Notes: generated by a model not told the origin, from the sequence alone. A DNA stretch of 64,000 bases from Patescibacteria group bacterium (GCA_016936175.1 JAFGPN010000004.1:5726-69725), one strand, 5' to 3'. Counted from the first letter of the stretch, positions 27,849 to 38,338 are shown. Program-made: numbers and translations.

Positions 27849-28724
27849 TTACTTGTAGTAAACCCGATCGTCTATCCTCAAATCCACATATTCTCGGGGA
27901 GGGGTTTTGGTGGTTCTTAAGACCTTTACCAGATTATTTAGCTGGGTTTCGACACTCCTGGTGGTATCGAGAATAATCTTCCAGCCATCCGAGGTAACCA
28001 CCTCTATTTCGTAAGTAGTTTCTGGAATCAGCACTCTCCGCGCAGCTAAGTTGGTTTTGCGAGGAAGATTGGCAGAGACAGCAGTTACAAACTCGATGAA
28101 TCCAGTAGCCACAATCTTCTGATTTAAATTGACCGGCACATTTTTTAGGTCCTCCACCACAATCAGTGGGCTATCAGCCTTGGCGATGTCGTAAACCACT
28201 CCCAGACGATTAACCATAAACCGCTCATTGTTTGATTGCCAGATAATGGTGGTCTCGTGTTCATCAATTACCACTGATAACGTTCGGTTAATCAGATTTT
28301 TTCGAAAATGCGCTTCCCTAATCTGCGGTATGGCCAAAATCTGATGCCTAGCCCTACCATCCATGAACAGCAATGCGTTCACCGGCTTAAACCCATCCTT
28401 AAATACAGCTTTTTGGATCTCCTCATCTTCCACTAAGTGGTTGCCCTGAATATCAAACTTGGTCAAAACCAACAGCGATGTACCAAACAATACATAGATT
28501 AGCATCGCCAAAACCACCCCTATCCCCACCTTGGTTAACGGCGTAGCTACTACTCGTAACGACCTAGGTTTAAATTTGGGCTGCCAGACTAATCTTTTAA
28601 GCCGTTTTTGGCTAGGACGCATAACCTGTGGTCGGGTAGTATAAAAAACCACCTTGCTTCGATTATTAACCGAAGTTGGTTTTTTTCTCTTCGAGATAAA
28701 ATCAAATGCAAACCCCCGTTTCAT
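27849..28724 (-). CDS. Cell division protein FtsQ/DivIB-like (POTRA)
   Basis: Basic cytoplasmic N-terminus, a TM, IQGNHLV POTRA start and C-terminal EYVDLRI; downstream of murC. Confidence 0.8.
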   Translation of the reverse strand: MKRGFAFDFISKRKKPTSVNNRSKVVFYTTRPQVMRPSQKRLKRLVWQPKFKPRSLRVVATPLTKVGIGVVLAMLIYVLFGTSLLVLTKFDIQGNHLVEDEEIQKAVFKDGFKPVNALLFMDGRARHQILAIPQIREAHFRKNLINRTLSVVIDEHETTIIWQSNNERFMVNRLGVVYDIAKADSPLIVVEDLKNVPVNLNQKIVATGFIEFVTAVSANLPRKTNLAARRVLIPETTYEIEVVTSDGWKIILDTTRSVETQLNNLVKVLRTTKTPPREYVDLRIDDRVYYK

Positions 28725-28843
28725 CCCGTTAGAGATAGGTAACCTAGCGCTACCTTTAGACCATTAGTGATATAGACATCAATCATCATTAATTTAAGTT
28801 TACCCCGCTTATTGGGTTACCGTTAGGTAATCTCTAACGGGAT
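28723..28843. repeat. Element with 14-bp terminal inverted repeats
   Basis: ATCCCGTTAGAGAT ... ATCTCTAACGGGAT; relatives at 30254-30266 and 49052-49183. Confidence 0.7.
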
Positions 28844-28850
28844 TCATTTT

Positions 28851-30242
28851 TTATTTAGCTAATTCATTTTTAAACTGATGAATCCAATCGCTGTTTTTGC
28901 CAGCTCCCAACGAAATCACTACATCACCACTTTGTAATTTGTCTTTAATATATGTGCTAATGGCTACAAAGTCCGGCAAGACCACTGCCTTGTTGGGAAT
29001 TGATGTATTAATCGCATCGGCTAATTTTTCGGAACTGACCGCTCGCTTGTCGGCATCGCTATCACCCACCGCATAGATGGGAGCTAACATCACCACGTCA
29101 GCCGTTTTTAAGCTGTCGACAAAATCGTCGAACAGCAATCGAGTCCGACTGTGTTGGTGTGGCTGAAACACCACCCAAAGTCGTCGTTCTGGAAAATAAG
29201 ACCGAGCCGCAGATAGTAATGCTCTGATTTCAGTCGGGTGATGAGCATAATCATCCACCAGGGTAATACCTTTAATCGTCCCCAAAATCTCAAATCTTCG
29301 AGCGGCACCGTTAAAATCTGCTAACACCTCACGGATTACTTGATCGGCTACCCCCAAATGGCGCGCCACCGCCGTAGCCGCCAATGCATTAAGCACCAGG
29401 TGGTTACCTGGCAGTGGCAGTTTAAAGCTTTGTTTATCTACTTTAAACTCGGAGCGTCCATCAACGACCTTAACGTCAGTGGCTATTAAATCATTACTAT
29501 CATTAAATCCGTAAGTAACTACTTTGGCCTTAGCCAACGACAATATCTCCTTTAAATTTTTATCGTCGCCGCAAGCCACCACTAAACCGTCTGTCGGAAC
29601 TAACCCAATAAACTGGCCAAAGGCTTGTTTTAGATCAGACAAGTCTCGATAGTAATCCAGATGATCAGAATCAATATTAGTTACAATGGCTATTTTTGGC
29701 GGCATGTCTAAAAACGAGCGGTCATATTCGCATGCTTCTACTATCATATAGGGACCTGCGCCAAAGACGCCGCAGCCACCGATCGACTTGACCTCTGCTC
29801 CAATCAACGCCGATGGATTTAATTGGCCAGCCCGCAACATGGCAGTAAGCAGAGCAGTGGTGGTGGTTTTACCATGAGTGCCTGCAACGGTGATGCCAAT
29901 TTTATCTGCCATCAACTTTCCCACAAATACAGATCGTTTAGTAACCGGGATACCTAATTCTATGGCCTTGGCCACTTCTGGATTGGCGATTTTTGGGGCT
30001 CCCCCACGAGTGATGGCTGAAGTGTAGATTAGTTCGTTAATATTACCCGGCAGATTGTCCGCCGAATGTGGTCCCACAAATACTTTAGCGCCTTTTCCCT
30101 CTAATCTATTCCGGCCACTAAAATCTATATTATTGGAACCGGTCACCGTGTGACCCATACCCAATAACACATCGGCGATAGCTTGCATGCCAATACCACC
30201 GATACCTACCAAAAAAAAGTGTCTGACGGCTAACTTTTCCAC
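28851..30242 (-). CDS. murC: UDP-N-acetylmuramate--L-alanine ligase
   Basis: VGIGGIGM, AGTHGKTTTT, EACEY, DHLDYY, DDYAHHPTEI and FQPH motifs. Confidence 0.97.
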   Translation of the reverse strand: MEKLAVRHFFLVGIGGIGMQAIADVLLGMGHTVTGSNNIDFSGRNRLEGKGAKVFVGPHSADNLPGNINELIYTSAITRGGAPKIANPEVAKAIELGIPVTKRSVFVGKLMADKIGITVAGTHGKTTTTALLTAMLRAGQLNPSALIGAEVKSIGGCGVFGAGPYMIVEACEYDRSFLDMPPKIAIVTNIDSDHLDYYRDLSDLKQAFGQFIGLVPTDGLVVACGDDKNLKEILSLAKAKVVTYGFNDSNDLIATDVKVVDGRSEFKVDKQSFKLPLPGNHLVLNALAATAVARHLGVADQVIREVLADFNGAARRFEILGTIKGITLVDDYAHHPTEIRALLSAARSYFPERRLWVVFQPHQHSRTRLLFDDFVDSLKTADVVMLAPIYAVGDSDADKRAVSSEKLADAINTSIPNKAVVLPDFVAISTYIKDKLQSGDVVISLGAGKNSDWIHQFKNELAK

Positions 30243-30350
30243 TCCTACAGTATACCCCGTTAGAAATTGCCCGAAAAGTTTACCAAATTCAACAAAACCA
30301 AGCGGAGCATCGTTCGCTTATCTGAACCCAAAGAGAAGCCACCCCCTTTG

Positions 30351-31040
30351 TCAGATTTTTAAGAGGGTACGGCCAACTCTACTACTTAGCTCTCTCTCTC
30401 TGATTTCGTGGATAATCAGCTTCTTACCCTGATGCTCGGCCTTGTCCTCCACCAACTCCCCCCGGACTTCCAGCCGGGTATCTTTGTCGGTAAATTCGGC
30501 GATGCGTGATTTTATTCCAGGGTCGGCGATATAGTCTATCTTGTACGGCATCAAGCCAAACTCCGTGCCATCTTCGCTCACAAAATAATCATCGTAGGCA
30601 CTGTCATCGGGTGCGGATTTTATCGCACCGAAATAAGTTAAAAAGCCATCGTCGCCGGGATTACCGTTGATTGTGACCATAAAGTTATTAGCCACCTCCG
30701 ATTTATCCCACGGTCTGCGATACTCCATCACAATATGCGAGCGCTCATCTTTTAGCACTTTAAACGTCCAGATCTCCTCGCCACCGGCGCCCACCACTCC
30801 CTCGGAATATTTGGTAGAAACTTTATAATCCTCTTTAACCTTTTCTAATACTCCCGAAGTTAGATCGACTAACTCCCATTTATAACCGGTGGTCTGATTA
30901 GAAGGCAACACTATCTGAAAACTATTTCCTTCGGTGATGTTGTGGTTTTGTTTATTGTCAACCATAGTTATCTGCTGTAGCTTGGGGCCACCGCAACCAG
31001 CCAATATTAATATTGGTAACAACCAAATAAATTTTTTCAT
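30351..31040 (-). CDS. Lipoprotein with protease inhibitor I42 (chagasin-like) domain
   Basis: Lipobox LAGC; SNQTTGYKW, VGAGG and YRRPW motifs. Confidence 0.85.
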   Translation of the reverse strand: MKKFIWLLPILILAGCGGPKLQQITMVDNKQNHNITEGNSFQIVLPSNQTTGYKWELVDLTSGVLEKVKEDYKVSTKYSEGVVGAGGEEIWTFKVLKDERSHIVMEYRRPWDKSEVANNFMVTINGNPGDDGFLTYFGAIKSAPDDSAYDDYFVSEDGTEFGLMPYKIDYIADPGIKSRIAEFTDKDTRLEVRGELVEDKAEHQGKKLIIHEIRERELSSRVGRTLLKI

Positions 31041-31242
31041 AGCACGTCTCCTTTGTTTATGTTCAGCTTTAATTATAGACTAAATCGACAAAAAACTGCC
31101 CCCACCCTACCAGAAATCCCCTCCCGATTAATTCGTTTGCCCCTCGTCTCTCGAGGTGTTAGGATAGGGCGTCATGAGGTCTGGATGTCTCGAGCGAAGT
31201 CGAGAGGCAAAATCAAACCGACCTTGAAAAGGAGTACAACCC

Positions 31243-32733
31243 ATGTCCGCACGAAACTTGATGATGCCGGGACACCCCCGGTATCAGCCCAAGACGCTTA
31301 TCCCCTACTTTGGTTACGATAACTACGCTCACTGGCTACTGGTGATCGAGATCGCGATCTTCCGAATCGCCTGCCGAATGGGGCTATTCACCGCCCAACA
31401 GGGTCAACTACAACTACTAAGCAGTAAGGTCGAACAACAGCTACTCAACAACGTCACCACCACCGAGATGGATCGGCTGGAGTTCGGTGATGAAGACGCC
31501 GGCATCAAGGGAACCCATCACGACATCGAAGCCCTAAAGCGCGCCAGCGAGCGATATCTGCCCAGGGCACTTTGGTCCCTCTTCCACTTCGGCGCAACCA
31601 GCTGGGACATCGTGGCAACCGCCATTTCTCTTATGCTGTTGCTATCGTATCGCGCAGTGATTAGGCCGCTGATTATTAAGTGGGGTAACTCACTAGCCGA
31701 TCGTACCGAACACTACGCCGAAACAGTAATGCTCGGCCGAACGCATGGGCAACCGGCCAATCCCATCACCGTAGGGCACTGGCTGGCCTACCCACTCGGG
31801 CGACTGATTGATATCCTAGCGCACCTAGATCAGTTTGCCTCCGAGCTAACCGGCAAATACTCCGGCCCGGTCGGCGCTAGCAATGCGCTGGTGGCCTTCG
31901 GCCGGGGAGATGCCCGCGCTATCGAAGAAGAGCTACTCAGGGAATTGGGTCTGGCTCAACCGCTAGTCTCCACCCAGATTACCCCACCCGAGTCTTGGTC
32001 ACGGTATCTACATGAGCTGGTACAGCTAACCGGCGTGATGGCGCAACTAGCTATCGATGTCCGCCTGCTCTACATTCCAGAGATTGGCGAAGTGGGGGTA
32101 GCAACTCTCGGCTTCGATCCGGCGACGACTACCGGCTCTTCGACTATGAGCCACAAGCGTAACCCGATCGACCCGGAGAACGTCTGCGGCATGCACATCA
32201 TCGCCAACTCTCAGCTAAATCTAGTTGGCTCACTCGCTACCAGCTGGCTACAACGAGACCTGGTTGGCAGTAGCGTCTCCCGTTACCTGCCAATCATCCC
32301 AATCTGCGCTACGTACGCGCTGCAGAAGATCCTCAAGGTTACCGGGGCGTTGGACATCAACGCTCAGAGAGCACGACAAAACCTAACCGATCAGGGCGAC
32401 TTAATTCTATCCGAACTGCTACAGCTAGCGCTGAAGCATTATGGCTATAGTGGCAATGCTCATCAGCTGGTCAATAAGCTGGTCAGTGAAGCTCAGAAGA
32501 CCGGCGTCAGTTTGATGGAAACAACCGAGCGCATCCTGCGCGAGAACAAGGCTGACCTGCTTGGCCCTAACCTCGAACTGAGCGATTTGGAGATCCCGTG
32601 GCTTCGCCTCATCAGCGACGAAGATGGCCTCGGCCTTAACTCACTTATGAGAGAGCCGCGCCGTTACATCGGCCTATCTGCCCAAAATGCTCATCGAGTT
32701 GCGCAACTGTGGAGAGAGCAGACAGCCGTCTAG
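31243..32733 (+). CDS. Adenylosuccinate lyase-like protein (fumarase/ASL superfamily), divergent
   Basis: THHDIEA, HFGATSWDI, GRTHGQPA and GSSTMSHKRNP motifs. Confidence 0.85.
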   Translation: MSARNLMMPGHPRYQPKTLIPYFGYDNYAHWLLVIEIAIFRIACRMGLFTAQQGQLQLLSSKVEQQLLNNVTTTEMDRLEFGDEDAGIKGTHHDIEALKRASERYLPRALWSLFHFGATSWDIVATAISLMLLLSYRAVIRPLIIKWGNSLADRTEHYAETVMLGRTHGQPANPITVGHWLAYPLGRLIDILAHLDQFASELTGKYSGPVGASNALVAFGRGDARAIEEELLRELGLAQPLVSTQITPPESWSRYLHELVQLTGVMAQLAIDVRLLYIPEIGEVGVATLGFDPATTTGSSTMSHKRNPIDPENVCGMHIIANSQLNLVGSLATSWLQRDLVGSSVSRYLPIIPICATYALQKILKVTGALDINAQRARQNLTDQGDLILSELLQLALKHYGYSGNAHQLVNKLVSEAQKTGVSLMETTERILRENKADLLGPNLELSDLEIPWLRLISDEDGLGLNSLMREPRRYIGLSAQNAHRVAQLWREQTAV

Positions 32734-32758
32734 GCTCCTCCCGCATCTCAGACAACAA

Positions 32759-32787
32759 CGGCACCGCTATGCGGTGCCGATTTTTTA
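32759..32787 (+). terminator. Intrinsic terminator
   Basis: CGGCACCGC-TAT-GCGGTGCCG-ATTTTTT. Confidence 0.85.
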
Positions 32788-32804
32788 TATCTTTTTGAAA
32801 ATAA

Positions 32805-33329
32805 CTAACCAGCTATCATTTCGCGTAACTGCTTAATTACTTCAACATTCTCTTCGTTCTGTTCCGGCCCAAATATCTCTTCTCGTAAATCTAGATACAG
32901 CCCTGCCCAAAGTTTGAACGAAGGCGATTGTTCCAAATCATCTTGTTTGTCGGACAAACTTTTTAGCCCTATCTGCAAATCTTCTCCTTCCGCCACCAAA
33001 TGATTCAAGCCCCCCTCATCCAGCTGACTTCCTAACAAAATGGCATAAACAAAATTATTCCCATTGTTGTGCTTTCGCGCATTCTCTCTCGCCAACCTCT
33101 TCTGCTCATCAGGATCATCAATGGTTTGCCCTATCAGCCTCTTCCCTGTACCGTATACTCGACTCTCGATCGATTGGCAGTAATTTTTTATTACATCATA
33201 TGATGAACCGTTGTTCCTTAAATTATCCTGTACCTCTCGTAAAAGATCTCGATCTAGCTCAAATAAGCTACGGATCTCCGCCGGCGGCTGATACGACTCT
33301 GACATGGCATGTGGCTCCATTCGTTCCAT
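32805..33329 (-). CDS. Hypothetical protein
   Basis: 174-aa acidic ORF; TATAAT lies 5 nt before ATG. Confidence 0.6.
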   Translation of the reverse strand: MERMEPHAMSESYQPPAEIRSLFELDRDLLREVQDNLRNNGSSYDVIKNYCQSIESRVYGTGKRLIGQTIDDPDEQKRLARENARKHNNGNNFVYAILLGSQLDEGGLNHLVAEGEDLQIGLKSLSDKQDDLEQSPSFKLWAGLYLDLREEIFGPEQNEENVEVIKQLREMIAG

Positions 33330-33415
33330 CTCTCATTATACCACAAAAATATATTTTCGTCAATTAAAAAACAGGCAACCAGCAGATAAAACCTGGCTCC
33401 CCTACTATATAATAC

Positions 33416-34195
33416 CTACTTCTTGCCCGTCGGATACTCGTGGGCTTCGACCACCTGTTCAACCGAGTAGCGATATTTGCAAAAATCACAGTCCGGATCG
33501 GGGTCTGGGATATCATCTCCCACCAGACACTCCTTCATTCCCAGAATGGTTGCATCTATCCAATCTGTCTTGCCGACATAGGGAATTAATTTAATATCAA
33601 ACTCTAACTTGGCATCAAAAGCTTCTGCGTCGCGTTTACCATTGCAGTAAACAAAGTAAGCGGTATCAGAAACTTTAAATCCGTTCTGACGAAACAGCCA
33701 TTGATAGATCTCTACTTGCCTTTTATAGCCATCCTGCCAAGCGGCATCCAAGCTTACCTCGGCATCTTTGCTGGTGGCTTTGTAATCTACAATTATCAAT
33801 TCTCCCGCTGGGTTAACCCAAACATCGTCGATTCCGCCATAGATTAACAGATTGGTTGCCGGATGCAAATACCGAACTCCTACATAAGCATTGCGCCAAG
33901 TCTCCAAATCTTCGTGTTGGTACGGCACTGCATCCAAACCGTAAGCCTTCATTAAAGGGTGAGAAGTGCCATCTGCCCGATGTACATCGAATTCTTTTTT
34001 TAACAACAAGTCCACCGCCGAGTTGAGACTAAACGGATAACCCGGTGGCTGACCCACGCCCAGACGCCGATCAATATAAAAACACCGAGGACATTTAATA
34101 AAGTTATCGATCTTGCTCCGGCTTAATTTGTAGGGTTCGGAAGAAGTAGGATCAAACAGATCGCGTCCCCGCTTCCCTCGATAATATTCAGACAT
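33416..34195 (-). CDS. PD-(D/E)XK nuclease family protein (Cas4/AddB-like)
   Basis: LSRSKI...CPRCFY, GGIDD...IVDYKAT, QVEIY and C-terminal CDFC. Confidence 0.85.
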   Translation of the reverse strand: MSEYYRGKRGRDLFDPTSSEPYKLSRSKIDNFIKCPRCFYIDRRLGVGQPPGYPFSLNSAVDLLLKKEFDVHRADGTSHPLMKAYGLDAVPYQHEDLETWRNAYVGVRYLHPATNLLIYGGIDDVWVNPAGELIIVDYKATSKDAEVSLDAAWQDGYKRQVEIYQWLFRQNGFKVSDTAYFVYCNGKRDAEAFDAKLEFDIKLIPYVGKTDWIDATILGMKECLVGDDIPDPDPDCDFCKYRYSVEQVVEAHEYPTGKK

Positions 34196-34218
34196 AACAA
34201 CAATTTAATGCTTATCAA

Positions 34219-34902
34219 TCATACCATATCAGATACCCGAGCTTTTTCCAGATCGGTTATCGACTTAATCTCATCTAATTTAATTGCCTGGATAACCGAA
34301 AATTCTCCAATCCGAACTCGGCACAAGTTAGATAAGTAAGCCCCGACACCCAGCTCTTTCCCAATATCATGGGCTAGCGATCTAATATATGTCCCGGGCG
34401 AAACCCTGGTCGTAAACTCAACCCGGGGATACCGATAATCGATTAGCTCAATGTCATAAACTTCAACCGGGCTGGGCTTTAGCTCCACCGCTTCGCCCTG
34501 CCGCGCTAATTTGTGAGCGCTTTGCCCACCGATTTTTTTAGCCGAAAAAATCGGCGGCAACTGCTCGGTTTGACCGATAAATGTTTTTAAAACATTTTTT
34601 ATCTCGCTATCGCTCGGTTCTCGATCGGAGACAGCTGTTAGTTCTCCCTCACTATCATAGGTACTGCTATCCTTGCCTAAGGTAATTTCGGCCCGATAAA
34701 CTTTATCTAAGCTCTTAAATTTATCAACCTGTTTAGTAAACTCCCTGGTTACAGCCAAAACCAACAAGCCCGAAGCCAGGGGATCTAATGTGCCAGCATG
34801 ACCAATCGTTCGTTCACCAGTTACTCGACGCAAAACATCTACCACATCATGCGAGGTGGGTCCGACCGGCTTATCAATCAGAAAGAAACCGCTTATAGAC
34901 AC
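34219..34902 (-). CDS. truB: tRNA pseudouridine(55) synthase
   Basis: DKPVGPTSHDVV, GHAGTLDPLASG, QLPPIFSA and GTYIRSLAHDIG motifs. Confidence 0.96.
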   Translation of the reverse strand: MSISGFFLIDKPVGPTSHDVVDVLRRVTGERTIGHAGTLDPLASGLLVLAVTREFTKQVDKFKSLDKVYRAEITLGKDSSTYDSEGELTAVSDREPSDSEIKNVLKTFIGQTEQLPPIFSAKKIGGQSAHKLARQGEAVELKPSPVEVYDIELIDYRYPRVEFTTRVSPGTYIRSLAHDIGKELGVGAYLSNLCRVRIGEFSVIQAIKLDEIKSITDLEKARVSDMV

Positions 34903-35378
34903 TTGGTTTGCGTATCTGTAGCTTCGGTTAATTCTCCAAACTGTCCGCTCATCTCGTTGTAGCGATTATCGGTTACTGCCGCGGCAACCGTATCGGTCTG
35001 CACCGTTATCTGAATAGTGTGAGCAGTTTTTACCCCGTCTAGAGCCTCATTAACCCGATTACCATAGCCGCCATTGCGAGAATCGAAAGTAAACTCGTAC
35101 AGCATCGCACCCACACACTTGTTAGCGCTGACCGACTGCATAAACTGAAGATTTTCGCCGTCAAATTTATAGGTCGGCGCGTTATCGGTTATCCATCTCT
35201 CCGCTATCCCCCGTCCGCCGATCTGCTGGTTTACCGTATCACTCGAGTCAGTTGAGGTGGCATCGGGCACTACCGAACCATCGCCCGGCTGAGTAACTAG
35301 CCTCAGGCCACAACCACCAGCTCCAACCAATAAGATTAGCGAAGCGATAATAATAATTGATTGACTAGCTTTGCTCAT
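34893..35378 (-). CDS. Hypothetical exported or lipoprotein
   Basis: Signal peptide ending GAGGC and an APTYKFDG motif. Confidence 0.65.
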   Translation of the reverse strand: MSKASQSIIIIASLILLVGAGGCGLRLVTQPGDGSVVPDATSTDSSDTVNQQIGGRGIAERWITDNAPTYKFDGENLQFMQSVSANKCVGAMLYEFTFDSRNGGYGNRVNEALDGVKTAHTIQITVQTDTVAAAVTDNRYNEMSGQFGELTEATDTQTKCL

Positions 35379-35412
35379 TTCTCAATTTAGTATTTAATTA
35401 CTAAAAATTGAT

Positions 35413-36576
35413 TTAATATTTCCCCGTTTTAATTATTTTGTAACGATCTTGCCAGAAACCACCAATGCCAATCATCATCAATATGAGACAGACCAGCCAG
35501 CCAATAAGCGGAACTATCCCTACCAGCCCAAACAAGATTGCGCCGACTATTAATGCGCCCAACTGTCTGCCGATAGTTTTATCGAACTTTCTAACTAGCC
35601 AACTCCCAATTAATATGGCGGCCGCAAAATAACCAAACATCAGCAATAAGCCATAAACCAGGCCGACGGCAATAGTCAGATGAATTCCGATCAGTGTTAT
35701 GGTTAATACCAACATTAGTACCGGTATGCCCAGAGCTACTACTAACCCTTGCCAGAAAGCCTTCCAATAATCTTTTTTAATTGCCACGGTAATCCGCGGC
35801 AATAGTTTGGGCATCAACCAAATGATTACCGCTCCCATCAGCAAAATCGAGACCAACTTCCACAGCAAAAACCCAGCACCAAGGGCTGGTATCATCCATA
35901 ACATCACTCCCAACATCGGCGGCAACGGAGTGTGTGTAGTTTTTTGGGGATGATAAGTAACCGTCTTAGCATATTTGGCAAACTCCGGATTTTCTTTAGG
36001 CGCCCAATAACTTAGCTCGCCGCCAATCTTGGTCCCGGGCAGGATAGAGATATAGTTGTCGGTTTTTATCTCAACGTCGCCATCGATACTAGCGTTAAGG
36101 GTTACCGCTCCTCCAGCTATCCGGGCATTACCATAAATCTTGCCGCCGACCATTGCCGTAGCGGCGCCAATAATTAAATCACCCCTAATCACCGCTTTTT
36201 CACTGGTCGTTAAGGTGCGGGCCCCAACTATTACATCATCATCTACTGTGGTATTAATAACTACCTCACCAGCTCCGATTCGAACGTCACCAGCTACCCG
36301 ATTGTTAACCCATACCGTGTTGGCTCCCACCCACAGATCACCCTCCACTTGGCCATTTATCTGAGCAGTGTTGGCCCCGATTAACAAATCACCATCGATA
36401 GCGGCATCAACCATGGCCGTATTGGCGCCAATATAGGTATCATCAGTCAGCGCCGCCCTAATCGTAATCGGTTGACCCGTATCACTAGCCATAAAATTGG
36501 GCGCCGCCCAGGCTGGGTTCGCCAAACCCACGGTAGTAAGCGCCACGAACATCAATATAAAAATTTTCTTTATCAT
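35413..36576 (-). CDS. Polymer-forming cytoskeletal (bactofilin-like) repeat membrane protein
   Basis: Signal peptide, repeated IDGDLLIGANTAQINGQVEGDLWVGA units and a multi-TM C-terminus. Confidence 0.8.
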   Translation of the reverse strand: MIKKIFILMFVALTTVGLANPAWAAPNFMASDTGQPITIRAALTDDTYIGANTAMVDAAIDGDLLIGANTAQINGQVEGDLWVGANTVWVNNRVAGDVRIGAGEVVINTTVDDDVIVGARTLTTSEKAVIRGDLIIGAATAMVGGKIYGNARIAGGAVTLNASIDGDVEIKTDNYISILPGTKIGGELSYWAPKENPEFAKYAKTVTYHPQKTTHTPLPPMLGVMLWMIPALGAGFLLWKLVSILLMGAVIIWLMPKLLPRITVAIKKDYWKAFWQGLVVALGIPVLMLVLTITLIGIHLTIAVGLVYGLLLMFGYFAAAILIGSWLVRKFDKTIGRQLGALIVGAILFGLVGIVPLIGWLVCLILMMIGIGGFWQDRYKIIKTGKY

Positions 36577-36651
36577 CACCCTAAATTTATTTTTTATATC
36601 TTTAACTATTATACGCCCCTGGCCGCGTCCGCGGTAGCGGGCAGGCAAAAT

Positions 36652-37250
36652 AAAAAAACCCGCCGATGAGGGCTATGACCTCAGAGGTCGGCGGGCAGGG
36701 GGGAGAAAGGCATCAACAAGAAGTAACGCGGCCGGGGTGTTGTGAGGGCCCCGGCCTTGGGAGGAACTGTCGTGAAGAAGGTTTGGGTGGGCGCTAACTC
36801 CAGCACACGTTGGCGACACATCTCAAAAACCCTCTTACACGTCGGGTAAGCAAATGGGTAGATGGGAACCAGCTAACTTGTCCCGTTTAACAGGGAGGCA
36901 CGCGCTGTGGCTCAGCTGGTTCCCATCCGGGGCGGAAAATAATCTGGAGTGTTCTGATGTGGTAAGTGGAAACCAACCGGCTAAGAGCACAACAAAGGGT
37001 GGGGTGGAGATGACCAGTTGTAGACTGCCCAAACAGATTAACCGTTCTTAATCGGCACCTGGTGGCCAATGGCGGCTGGCAGTAAGCCACCAAGGAATGG
37101 ACCGCTACACCAACACGCTCGGAGTCACCTGCAACAGGAAACTCCTCGATTCATCGCGGCCTCACATCGAAATCGCATGCTCTCAACTAAATCTTCACCC
37201 TCAGAGAGCCGGATGCAAAAGGGTTAAGCTGGTTTTGGGGTTGTCAATGT
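36652..37250. other. ~600-nt structured non-coding region (candidate ncRNA)
   Basis: No convincing ORF; perfect 14-bp stem 36861-36874/36914-36927, other hairpins and a minus-strand terminator at about 36652-36700. Confidence 0.4.
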
Positions 37251-37273
37251 GCGCACAACCCGTAACGATCTTA

Positions 37274-38128
37274 TTATACCCTAGCCAAAGCGGGTTCTTC
37301 TGGCTTGATAACCTCCTCGTATTTTAAGGCTCTGATCAGCCGAGTAACTCCGATTCCTGTCCCAAATCGCGGCCTCATCGCCAGAGATAGATAGTTTTCT
37401 AATTCTCGCTCAACCCTCTCCCGACCAAATAACCCAAACAGCTTACCAGCATATTCGCCATCGCTAATGTGATAAAAGTTATACCGCATCTCATTAGCGT
37501 TACAACTGCGCTCTGCCCCACCGAAAGTTTCCATCCCATGAAGAATAACATCCACCTTGGAAAACAGGTCATTCCCTTGATGTTTCATGTTCCAAAACGG
37601 ATGAGTAGAAAAGGGGAAATTTTTTAAAAATACTACCGGCGCAAAATCTTTTGACATCAGCAATTCCTGCTCTGCCTCTATCTCTTCTACCCCATAGTGA
37701 TCAGCTATATCAGAATAGTTCATCTCCAGCATCGGGCTTTTAAAGCCCAGATAAGCCAAAAGTTCTCGCTCTAATCGCATTAGATCTTGCATATCGCCAA
37801 AGCTCTCAAATTCGAACATCGGAAAAATCTTATCGTGCCGACCTTCGATTGGATGCTGTTCGTCTCGATAGCTAGTAGAGATACAAAAAACGCCCGGAAC
37901 TTCCGGGTGTTTCAACAACTCATATTCTAGCCACATCTGACCAGTTTGTGGCAACGGCCAACGTGTGCCTCCAAACTCAAATTGAGAAATAGTGGTAGGG
38001 TCCTCACAGGCGGCCAAAATAGATAATCGCGCTTGAACTGGCACCTCCACAAATCCTCGACCGACAAAAAATTCTCTTAACTTATTTACTGTCCAATTGT
38101 ACTCATAAATATCAATTAGCTTAATCAT
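37274..38128 (-). CDS. Class II aaRS catalytic-core paralog (AsnRS/AspRS-related, no anticodon-binding domain)
   Basis: SD AAGGAG before ATG 38128; motif 1 LREFFVGRGFVEVP, motif 2 SYRDE...RH..IFPMFEFE and motif 3 PRFGTGIGVTRL. Confidence 0.8.
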   Translation of the reverse strand: MIKLIDIYEYNWTVNKLREFFVGRGFVEVPVQARLSILAACEDPTTISQFEFGGTRWPLPQTGQMWLEYELLKHPEVPGVFCISTSYRDEQHPIEGRHDKIFPMFEFESFGDMQDLMRLERELLAYLGFKSPMLEMNYSDIADHYGVEEIEAEQELLMSKDFAPVVFLKNFPFSTHPFWNMKHQGNDLFSKVDVILHGMETFGGAERSCNANEMRYNFYHISDGEYAGKLFGLFGRERVERELENYLSLAMRPRFGTGIGVTRLIRALKYEEVIKPEEPALARV

Positions 38129-38338
38129 AGAATCTCCTTTCCCATAATTATTCTGGGTGAGTAAAACTTTTATTTGATTGTCCGCATTGATACTGTTTAT
38201 CAATGGGCAAAAAAATAGACTCTTGCGAGTCCATTGGGGCTACTTATCAAAGAGCAGCCAGTTAGCTAATAAATTCTTAGCTAATTTTACCAGTTGATGA
38301 TTTTACGTCAACATACAAACTATACACTCTGGGAGCTT

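Noticed and set aside
33416..34195. Cas4 as part of a CRISPR system
   Set aside because: It is a solo PD-(D/E)XK nuclease with no cas1/cas2 or array nearby.
36650..37260. RNase P RNA, tmRNA or SRP RNA
   Set aside because: GGGAGGAACTGTC only loosely resembles GAGGAAAGTCC, and the matching 3' consensus or tRNA-like ends were not found.
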